Below are positions 26,297-38,765 of a stretch of DNA of 64,000 nucleotides, one piece after another (the first letter of the stretch is position 1; each line of letters opens with the position of its first letter). The position numbers and the translations under genes are program-made. The DNA is from the human T2T-CHM13v2.0 reference genome, Homo sapiens, in the NCBI RefSeq assembly GCF_009914755.1, contig NC_060928.1; one strand, written 5' to 3'. Below the pieces are notes generated by a model, which worked only from the letters and a program-made list of their open reading frames with translations, had not been told where the DNA came from and ran no database searches.

Positions 26297-26499
26297 CAGG
26301 AAGGGGAACATCACACACCGGGGCCTGTCATGGGGTCGGGGGAGGGGGGGAGGGATAGCATTAGGAGATATACCTAATGTAAATGATGAGTTAATGGGTG
26401 CAGCACACCAACATGGCACATGTATACATATGTAACAAACCTGCACATTGTGCACATGTACCCTAGAACTTAAAGTATAATAATAAAAAAAAAAACAAA
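26297..26499 (+). mobile_element. 5'-truncated L1PA 3' UTR fragment with 16-bp TSD
   Basis: caggaaggggaacatcacacacc...aaagtataataataaaa. TSD gaaattgga(t/c)gtgaga at 26281-26296 and 26500-26515. Confidence 0.95.
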
Positions 26500-26825
26500 G
26501 AAATTGGACGTGAGATCAAATGAAAGAGAGAAATCAGAATCATCTAAGTTTTCCACTCAAACACCTAGGCAGATCATGATATGATATCATTTACTGAAAT
26601 GGGTAACATTGAAGGAGGAACAGTTTTGTGAGAAGTCAGAAGTATTCTATTTGAATACAGTTTCAAATGACTGTTACTCATTCATTTAGAGATACCAGTT
26701 AGGAAGCTGGAGATATGAGTGTGGAGCTTAGGGTTGGGGTTAGGGCTGGATATACACATTTGAGAGTCATCAGTGTTTAGAGGACATTTAAAACCAATAA
26801 ACTGAATGAGAACACGTTTGCGGAG

Positions 26826-27509
<684 letters not shown>

Positions 27510-29613
27510 GAGAGAGTATAGCAGGATAAGGAAAGAGGCACTAGAACCAGTCACTGGGAATTCTCCAACACTTTAAAGGTAGGTTTAGGAGGAAAGGTCT
27601 CCAAGGAGACTAGGAGTTAAGGTAGGAGTTAAGAAGGTCTGAAGTTAAGGAGGCCTGGCTAGAGACAACAGAGGAAATGCAGGACAGAATGAATTATTTG
27701 CATGCATTGCAAAAGGATGGAAAGCTATATACAAATTTCTTTCAGTGAGCTACATACAGATTTCTTTCAGTGGACCAAGACTTACTTCCAAGAGAAGAGT
27801 TGAGTTCTCAGAGTCCTGTAAAGTCAAATCATAGAGGACTGAGAAATTTCTGTCCAGGGTCATAACCCGTTTGAGTCATTGTACTTAGCACCAACCAGAG
27901 AGAGGCAGGTACAACTGAACTTCTTCCAGGTTATGAGCTTCAAAAGGCCACTAAATACCCTTTCTTTTACTTGTCTTATACCAAAGCATAGAAATAATAA
28001 AAATCATATCATAAGATTCAATCCAAAGTCTTTAGCTTAACATTAAGAGTAGAACCTTGGGAATTAAGTTGTGTGGAATTGAATCCTGACTCTACTATTA
28101 CTATTGCATTAGTATGGGCAAATTAACATTTCTGGACCCGGTTTTCAGTGGATTAAGCAGAGTAATAATGAAACTAACTTTAAAGAGAGTAAGTAAAATA
28201 ATTTAAGTGAGCTGGTTAGAATAGCACCAGGAACAAAAAACAATGCTCAATAAATGTCAACCCATATTGTTCTAATCATGCAAAGCACCTAGCCCTCTAC
28301 CTGTCTATCATTTGTTAGTGCTAAATAAGTTTCTGATAATGATTTTGGAAGAGATGCCCTATCTATTGTAATGTTATAATCTAATAATTCTTTATCTGCC
28401 ATGCAGATGCTGTTTCTTAGATAGTATATAGAATATTACCAATCAGATATAGGGAAATTCTCTTGTATGAGATGTATAAATTCCTGAATATGAAGTTGAA
28501 TGTTTACAAACTTGATCCTGTCTTCCATTGAGTCATTCGTTTATTTCTATAATAAAGTAAATGCTGTGATGACCTGCTGTTTTTTTCTAGTGCATGTTAA
28601 AGATTCATTGCAAAATGCTATCCTATGCTTGTGAATTATGCTTGTAAATTTGGTCTAGAAAAATTGTATTCATACTCTCAAACTGTTTTACAAAGCTGTA
28701 CTGGTAGGTCTGATGGGATTGTTTTGCTTTGGTAGTATGTATTTTGGTTATTTGATTGGTTGATTAAATTTTCTTCTTTTAACATGAGAATTAACATTAT
28801 ACTTTTACATACATTGAAATCCAAAAACCCCATCAGTGAAAATCTTAAAATGACTCTACAGACTATCATATATTCAGTTAAAATGAAAATTGAAGCTATT
28901 TTTGTCTTGTGAATAAAAAACATTCAATTCACTTGCAAATTAACAGGGCAAACAATTATTGCAGCTTAAATAGAAAATATTTTCACAGGCAAAGTAAATA
29001 GTTATTATAACCTCAACTTTATTTACTCTGGTTTGATAAAATCTTAATGGAATATAATGTATTTTATGGTTGGTGTTAATAACTCCTTGCTATTCATGGT
29101 ATCCTGAAGAAAATCTATTCTTTCTTCAGATTAAAAGAGCTATTGGTTTAATTATTTATCTCCCATTTAAATTTTACATGGTTCGGTTATTTACTGAACT
29201 ACTGTTGGGATCTCCAGGAGCATAAACTTTTATGTGTCTTATAAGTTAATTTTTTTCCAATGATCTAGCATGATTTTGCATATAGCATCCAGCCAACAAT
29301 GTTTCTTTTTTACTTCTACCTATTTGATCAAACTTTGTATTTCTACAAATGGTGTACTTACTTTATGTTATACATTTTACTTCACCTTTAGTATTTTCCC
29401 TTATAGAATATCAGACTGTATTAATTCTTAGTCTTTCTCTATCCAGATTATGTCTTTGCCTTCCACATATCTATTCCAGAGCTTAGCTTTTACAGATATG
29501 TATCCCCTTTTCTCCCAACTGGACCAAATCTCTATTCAAGCCCCACTTCTAATTCTTCTGTATCACAACCCTGGAGACAGTCACAAACTCCACTGACAAA
29601 GTCAACATTCTAA

Positions 29614-29931
<318 letters not shown>

Positions 29932-30872
29932 AGGAAAATTTCTTAATATGTGCTATTAATCTCTTCCCATTCAATTTCCTCCAACTCTTTAATTCAAAAG
30001 TTACTCATTTTTCTTGTGTTTCTTCAAGTTCTCTCTCTTTCTTGAACCATGTAGATATCTATATAAATGCTCATTTACATAAGTTAGCGTATCTACAGAA
30101 ATGCTCAGAATTTCTGTTGAATTCTGGTTCTTTTATTTGCCTCCCATAGCCTAGGAAAGTCATTTTAGTGCCTCAAAGGCTTAGTTTCTGCATCAATAAA
30201 AATGAACATAAAAATTTATACTTTACAGTTTGTGAGACAAACATTTACTAACCACCTACTATGTATCAAACAGTATGTATGGAATCAGTTAATATCCATA
30301 AATGTCTCTGGCATAATTATTAGGACATAGAAGTCACTAAATTAATTCAAGGTTTCTTTTTTCTTTTTATTCTTCTCATATCATCTTTTTTACTCCTAAT
30401 ATATTCTTTCTTTTACAATATCTGGTACATAACAGTGGTTGTCACTTAAATAAATGCATTGAATGAACGATTTTAATATTCTCTGGAATGGCTGCTTTTA
30501 CTCATTCTATTTTTACTACAACATTCTTGAAAGCTTCACAACCTGTTTTCTCTGACCATTTATTCCTGAAAATCTTTAGTCTGATTTTTTTTTTCCTTCA
30601 TTGCTTTACTAAAAAAAGGCCCTGTCAGAAGACTACTGAAATTTTTCAAGTCCAGTGACTTTTCTAAGTCCTTATTCTCCTTTACTTTTTGCAATGTTCA
30701 CACTACAGGCCAGGCCATCTTTTCTTTTTGGCATTTTTTCCTGCTCAATGTCTATATAAATATTATTTCTTATCATCCTGCATCTCTGATCACACACAGT
30801 TTGTTTTCTGTTTCTCTTTTCTCTCTCTGGAAAGTAATTTGAATACTTCTCACTGCATTATTTTCTCAGTAC

Positions 30873-30873
<1 letters not shown>

Positions 30874-30948
<75 letters not shown>
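30874..30948. repeat. Compound microsatellite (TG)17(AG)20
   Basis: Directly visible. Confidence 0.97.
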
Positions 30949-30951
<3 letters not shown>

Positions 30952-32203
30952 TATTCCATTGCTGCAAGCATCAATTCTGTGAACAAAACCTCCAAATCTG
31001 TACTATCAACTCTGATTCCACTCCAAAATTTTGCACCCATATTTATAACTCGCTGATAGACATATTACACTGGAGGTTCTGTTGGCATCATAAACACAGT
31101 GTACCTAAAATTCTTTGCTTTTCCTGTTTCTCATTTTGGTTTTCTGCTTTGTTTTAATAATATTGTCTTGGTTTGTTTTTTACCACACCTTGCGGCTAAG
31201 GGTCATCCCCTCTCTTATACTCAATCAGTAGACAAATTCTCATGTTTCTTCTTTTCTAATGCATCTGGCACCCATTCTTTTCAGTGCATCCCTTCTGCCA
31301 AGATCCTAGTTCAGTTCATAATTACATCATGCCTGTACTATTATAATAAGAAAACTCACTTCCACGCCTCTAGTTTCTAATCCTTCCAATCTATGTAGTA
31401 CACTGTCCTGTAAAATTATGAAGCCCTGACTATGCACCAAAAATTTATTAAACTCTCAGGAGTTTGGAACTCTAGGGCCCATAAGAAGTGCAATTTAATA
31501 GAAGAGATAATTTTGTAATTTCTTAAGTGTAGTACCGTATAACAAGTATAGTTTAAGCACAGAATAGGTGGAAAGAATAGTATGGCCAATGATCCTTCAA
31601 TGATACTAAGTAGAAGTAGTTTATGGAGAAATAAAGGAATGAAAGATATTCTAGGCAAAGACAGTATCAGGTACTAAGGCAAAGAGCTATGCAAAAAACA
31701 TGGCATTAGAGAAAGAAAGTATTTCCATATGGTTGGTGTGGGTTAGGAATGGACTTTGTATACCATATAAAAAATTCAAAATTTCTTTCTGCATCTAAGG
31801 AGAGAAACAATGGAAATGTTTTAAGCAGCAAGCACAAAAACATGCCTAGTTATATTTCATAATTATTTCTTTCCCAGCATTATAGGAAATAATTTGTACA
31901 AAGCAAAGCTGGAGTCAGTGAATTAAAGGGCAATGGCAGAAGTATGCATCAACATGAGCATCTCTTGGCTCTGCTTTAACAATTATACTTCCTTCCTCAA
32001 AATCTTTCAATTCCAGTTTGCCTATGGTATAACCCCCAGTCTTCAAATTCTAGTCACCCCATAAATGGCCCCAGCTAATTCTGCAAAACTCTGCAACATA
32101 TGGCCAAAAGTTCAGCATTACTGGATCATTTTCTGCTCATGGGACAAGGATCTGTGCTTTCCCAAGCCTTATAGGTTTGCTCAATTTATTCTATATCTTT
32201 GAC

Positions 32204-32425
32204 CAGGGCTTGGCAAACTGCTACCTGCAGGCCAAATTGGGCCTAGTGCCTGTTTTTGTAAATAAAGTGTTATTGGAACACAGCCATGCCCATTCATGTA
32301 CCTATTGTCTATGGCTGCTCTTGCCATATGATGGTAAGCTGAGTATTGCAACAGAGAATATATGACCTGTAAAACTGAATATCTTTACAATCTGGCCCAT
32401 TATATAAAAGGTTTGCTGACCACTA
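32204..32425 (+). mobile_element. MER58A (hAT-Charlie MITE)
   Basis: cagggcttggcaaact...gcctgtttttgtaaataaagtgttattggaacacagccatgcccattc...gtttgctgaccacta, with TIR remnants. Confidence 0.85.
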
Positions 32426-32739
32426 GCCTAGACCTTCTTTTGTTTCTGCCTTTTTGAACACTATTGAAAGATGGGTAGCCCCTTTACAACTTATGTTAAA
32501 TTTACCTTTCTCTGAGGAAGCTTTATTTTAATCATTCCAGTCAAGAGTGTTCTGTCTTCTGAATACCTACAGTGACACCTCTTTACTGTTTCATAGCACT
32601 TTACTGTTTTGTAATTACCTTTTTTTTATATCTTTCTGTCATAAAGGATATAAACTTGAAACCAGGATTTTTTTTAACCTACTTAACCGTGTCTCTGTTT
32701 TGAATTTTTAGTCCCTTTATCCATTTAACTATCTAAATA

Positions 32740-33080
32740 TAGGTTGAGCATCCCTAATCTGAAAGTCCAAAATCTAAAATGCACCAAAATCCTAAACTTT
32801 TTGAGCATGAACATGATGCCACAGGTGGAAAATTCCACACCTGATACCTTTGCTTTCTGATGTTTCAATGTTCACAAACCTTGTTTCAAGCAATTATCAA
32901 AAATATTAGATAAAATTATCTTCTGGCTATGTATATGAGGTATATGAAACATAAATGAATTTTGTGTTCAGACTTGAGACCCATCCCCTAGATCTCTCAT
33001 TATGTATATGCAAATATTCTATCCAGAGAAATCCAAACACCCCTGGTTCCAAGAATTTTGGATAATGGATACTCAACCTA
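32740..33080. mobile_element. Tigger4/MER46 (Zombi)-type TcMar MITE
   Basis: TIRs taggttgagcatccctaatc and gataatggatactcaaccta, flanked by TA. Confidence 0.8.
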
Positions 33081-34452
33081 TATATAGATAGATATGGATA
33101 GATTGCATGTAATAGACTATTACGTTACACATATATATTATATAGGTCCTATTATGTTGGTAAACTTAGACTTTTAAAGGCTCACCATTTATCAATTACA
33201 ATGCCAAGTGCTCTTTATACAAAATATTTTTAATAGTCAAAACTACCAATTAAAAAGAGTAAAATATGACCTCCACTTTACAGATAAAGAAAGAAGGCTT
33301 AAAAATGTTAAGAAATTTTTGTGAATTTAAGTGCTATTCATGGGGTTTAAATTTATGTCCAAGTGAACTATGTTCTAAAGTCCAGTCTCTTAACTAAATG
33401 ATCATATTCTCCCAGCAGACAGTATAATGCCTATAACCCTAGTAGATCTCAGGAAGAGGCAAAGAAGTTTTACAAAATCAAATGGGGATATTTTAACTTT
33501 ACAAAAGCAATAGTTGATTTAGGGTTCAGATCACAGTGGTCTCTGTTTATGCAAATAATTTGAAATAGTAATGTATTCTCAAATTAGAAAATAATTTAAC
33601 GTGTTTATTGATTTTCATTGAACTAAATGTGAACAAATTCTATATTGACACAACTTGAGCAAGAGTCCATGTTGGCCTTCGCAATCGGTACATTTTCCGT
33701 CTTCACTACATTCCCTCAGTTGAGTTTTACCTTCCTTCTACTGTGGAATAATGGGAAAAGTGCATGTTGAAGTCATAAAGACAGAAATTCAAACTCTAGA
33801 TCTGCTATTTATAGATTGTATGTTTCTTTGTGCAACTACTTTAGTCTCTGTTAGATTCAGATTCATTATCCCTAAACAGTCAAAACTAAAACTAAACTAT
33901 AAGGATTGTTTTGGGATTTAAATAAGAGCATATATAAATTGCCCAGTAGTGTGCTTGACATGCACTAAGAAATCAATAAGCTCCTGGAAATATTTAAGTA
34001 ACAGCATAAATGTTTAACTGTTAAGAAGATACCACAAGACACAATCTAATAAAGTTTTTAACTTTACAAAAATTAATGCAGGCCAGAGAAGCAAGAGAGG
34101 TCATCAGGAGGGATGAGAATAGAACCAAGCCTCAAGTAAGAGATGTGGCAAAAATCTAGACATATTATCTTAACTGTCGATCTACGTACAGAGCTTATTG
34201 TGTTTCTTCTATTTTTAAAATTAGAAGTATAAATTTGCATCCAACTGGTGTTATAGAACATCTCATATTTAAAATATACTTTTATATGCTTTAGAATCTA
34301 GTGAAGTCTAGAAAAAATTAATTAGATATTAATGACTATTTGCTCATTCATTTTAAAAAATACTAAATATATTACCTACTTTAAAATAGACAGTCATACG
34401 GGCAATAGCATGTGCAATAGCATAAAATTAAAAAATCAGAATTTATAACATA

Positions 34453-34848
34453 GGTTTCTTTGTCTGTTTTGTGCTGCTATAGCTACAGACTGGGTAATTT
34501 ATAAAGAATAGAAGTGTATTTGGCTCACAGTTCTGGAGGCTGGGAAGTCTAAGGGCATGGGGCCTGCTTTTGGTGAGTGCTTCCTGTGTGTTATTTCATG
34601 GCAGAAGGGCAGAAGGCATCACATGGTGAGCAATCATGTGAGACAGAGAGAGGGAATCAGGCTGAACTCATTCTTTTATCAGAAGCTCACTCCCTCAATA
34701 ACTAACTCCCACTTCCGTGATAATGGCATTAATCCACTCATAATGATGGAACCCTGATGGTCTAATTCACCTCTTAAAGGCCCTACTTCTCAACATTGTT
34801 ACAACACTGTTACAATGACTAATTTCAAGGAACATTTAAATGATAGCA
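34453..34848 (-). mobile_element. MST/MLT1A-type MaLR solo LTR
   Basis: agactgggtaatttataaagaatagaag...ggctcacagttctggaggctgggaagtc...cacctcttaaaggccc are antisense MaLR motifs. Confidence 0.8.
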
Positions 34849-36597
34849 AGTCTTTTTGAATGGATCATTTAGTGAAACTGGACTAAAGGCCACACCATTT
34901 GCCTATCAACACATTACGCTTAATAATACACCATGGTCTTGGCATATACAAAACATCCAGATGAAAATTTATGTTTTTTTATCAATCTCATTTTATTTTT
35001 ATTTGTGAATATTTATAGGAATAAATATTTGATTGAACCTTGATCCTTGCCATTATAAAACAAAAAAAGTTTATGGCAGCATGGCTTACTTTATTTTCCT
35101 ATTAAATTATTTGATTATTTCTACATCCACTGACAGCAACAAGGTTCCAAAAATAAAATTACACAATTCTCAAATCCAGTTTTCTACACTTTGTAAAACG
35201 TTAAGGTGTTTTGATTATTTTGTGAGTCCTGAATTTTCAAGTTTTAAGAATTCATGTATAAAACTTGATATTTATATTTTGATAAAGAGAATATATATTA
35301 TCTACTGTAAAGGGCAATAATTATACCTAATAGTCACTTCTGGCCCAATAACTATAGTTAATGCTATTTTCACACATGCCTGATTCTGTCGTGTGATTTG
35401 CCAAGCATATTAAAAATCTGAGTGACGCAAAGTATTTTATCAATACTGAAGCCATTTCTCAACCAAACCACTTCTCTGTTCTTTCCCTGTTTTGCTATCA
35501 TTTTATAAGACTTCTAATAGTTTTAAATATAAGGTCCTCAACAGTTGATTATTTCACTAAAGTAGGATAAAAAATGCTGAAATATTTGTTTTAAGCTGTG
35601 AGCATAATAGGAGAATGAACATACTACTGGCTGCAATATAGTTTTTTCCCCTGCAGTTTATATTAGATATATGCTGTTGCTATGTTTATATAGACACAAA
35701 GCAAACTGTAGAAACATGCAGCCAACTCCAACAAGGGTATCTATTTGTTGGTATAAAAGAAGAAAACTTTTAAAGATATCTATTTCCATGCTATCTTTCA
35801 ACTTTAAAAATTACGGACCATAGCCAATTTCTGAACCTTCAAGCTTAGCTACTTCTTTCCTGGCTGATCTTTGGGACCTCACCTTATACACAAAATCAGG
35901 AATATATGCAGACAACTGTACTCTTCAGAAAGAAGAGAGAAGCTTTTCTCAGTGGAAACTCTTGCCCGTTAACCTATCTGGTTAGCATCAAAACATCCAT
36001 GAAGATGTCATACCTCTCCTGACAAGAAAGCAACAAAACCATATGAGGAATGACAAAGACAGAATTAATCACTAGAAAGGTCTCTGTATAAATAATCAGT
36101 CCTTGAGTTGTTCTGAGAAGCAGATACATGTCAAATACAGGTTTTGTCTTAAAAGAATACAATTTTCAACTGATCTTCTCTGGTTTATTATGGTATACAG
36201 CAGAAAAATAATTTTTAGTTTCATTTAAAAGATATTCATTTGTAATCCTGGCCACTAACCACAATATTAGAGCAAGTCCCCTGATTTATGCTTTTAGGCT
36301 CATTTATTTAAAGCCTTAGGGGTTTGTTTGGTGGCCTTGCACAACTTAAGAGTCCTAAAAACCTTGTGAAGACTTCCTTGACATCACTGGACATCTCACG
36401 ATAAAGACTGTCAATGTGATGTTCACAGAAAATTTGAAATATTTATTAGCTAGACTAGTTGTATTCTTTCCAACATTGTTGTATGATCTTTCTTGTAACG
36501 TTTTCTTGCATTTCTACCTCAGTTTTTTAATTATAGTAAATAGAAGTTACGATATTAAAACTATATGACATATCCCTATTTCTGCTTTCTGCTTTAG

Positions 36598-36848
36598 TTA
36601 TAGGATCATCGGTGGAAACTCTCAGTTCACGATCAACCCATCGACAGGACAAATCATCACCAGCGCATTGTTAGATAGGGAAACAAAAGATAATTATACT
36701 TTGGTAGTGGTCTGCAGTGATGCGGGATCCCCAGAGCCTCTTTCCAGTTCCACCAGTGTGCTTGTCACTGTGACTGATGTCAATGACAATCCACCAAGAT
36801 TTCAGCATCACCCATATGTCACTCACATCCCATCTCCTACTCTTCCAG
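36598..36848 (+). CDS. FAT4: FAT4 coding exon (251 nt, or 245 nt from the alternative acceptor at 36604; probably exon 9)
   Basis: Acceptor tttctgctttag|TTATAG|GATC, donor CAG|gtaatc. Encodes (SY)RIIGGNSQF...LDRE...DVNDNPPRF. Phase 2 to 1. Confidence 0.95.
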
Positions 36849-38765
36849 GTAATCAACCAAATTCTGAGGCCACATGGATATAAACAAACTATGTATCAGA
36901 CATTTCTATAAAAATATTTATGATATTTTACATACATATTTCTGATATAGCCTAATTTTGCAAATCCTCTAAAATTCAGGTTGTTTTGTCTGATGGAAAT
37001 GAAAAAATGCTTGAAACTTGAAAATTAACCCTTTCTTGCTAGACTAATTGTGTATAATGTTTTATAATTGTTATGTATTATTATTTCTTAATATTACTTG
37101 AATATTATAAATAATTAACATATATATTACATCATCGTTAATGATGTTTATGGCCTGAGGTATAACTTTGTGTAAGTTTGCTAAGAGGAGGGGCATTGTC
37201 TCTATTTTGCATGCCATATGCCACTACCTGAAACATGATATGGGAGATAATAGGCATTCAAATATGTTTGTCAGTGGAAAATGAATATTTGACTTCAATT
37301 TTTCATAGATATGTTTTCAAAAAGTTTAATAAATGGATAATTCTTGTTAATATTTATTTTATTCCAGGTTTTACAAATGAAAACTGTTCTGTTAGCAAGT
37401 TTATGGATCCATTTGTGAATCATTTTCATATTGACAATATGCATTTATCCTTCTGTATCTCTTTAAATTTAGTTTGACATTTGCTAAGAAAGGCATACTC
37501 TAAGAACTGCACAAATCTGCCATTTTAATTTTTAAAATGAGTTTTCAAAGAGGAAAATATAGAAATATAGCTCATTATTGATTTAATCTTCCTTGCTCGG
37601 AAATATTTTTAATTATTAGAAGAAAAACTTAACAGATAGAGTTAACAGATCCTCCTTTCAGTGATCTTTGATCTTCTATTAATCTGAGAATGATACCAAT
37701 CTAAAGTATAGGATTCATAAATTTATGTGCCAACTTTCTATCAAAGGAAATGTCAGTATCAAAATGATAAATACCTGCTAAAGGTCTTCAGATGAAATGA
37801 TGTTGGCAGGCATGGTTCTAATTACATCCAATGTGTGGTGGTGCAAGATAAAATTTCCTATGTAAAATGAGGTATGCTTAAGCATCTTTTCCTCATTGGA
37901 CTTATAACCACTGGCCTTTTTAAAATTAAAGATATTTTACTTTTGTTACCGTTTCTTCTGTAGGGGTGAGAGTGCAGGTTTGGGAATGGTTTCTGAATGA
38001 GTAGATTGAAAATATGTCCTTATGGCAGCTTTTCTGCATATTTTTACTACAATCTGTTTCATTGGCACTCAGTCTAAGCACTAACTTTTGGAGTCCAAGT
38101 TGAGTCCATTATCCCTCAATTCTTATTTCTTACTACTTTACAATTATTTTAATTGGCTTATGTATATGTCTGTGTATGTATATACACACACATATAAACA
38201 TACACATATGCACTTTTTTTTCCATCTGATAATAGTTCACGTATAAAGGAATTTTGTCATAAAACAGTGGGGACAAGGAATAAATGGTAATGAACATGAT
38301 TTTTGTTGACAAGATTACATATAAAGTGATTGGAAGATATTTTAAGACACACTAGAGCAACGGTATCATTGCATTGGGTAGAGGCATAGCACTTTGCAGA
38401 GCTCGCATATTATGTTTCTTGGAATGTTGTTTTATGTGCAGATTTTTCTCCTAGAAACTATGATTTTTGAACGATTAGCAAGTTCTTTTCCCTAGGCTTC
38501 TCTCAAAGGCATACTGAAAAGTATTAAATCCAACAGACTGTATAAATTTTAGTTAGAAAATGGCAGGTTAGTCTCTGAAGACAATCATAGAGCAGATTTG
38601 ACTTGTGAACTTCGGAGAAAATATAGGAGATACTGTTCTCCCTAGTAATCATGAGAAAATAAGGTCACATCAAGCAGCAATAGAGTGTCTTATATGCACT
38701 TATCTGCTACCAAATATTTTATTTAAATTCCACGTGAGTATAACTGCACACTTTCTCTTTTATAG

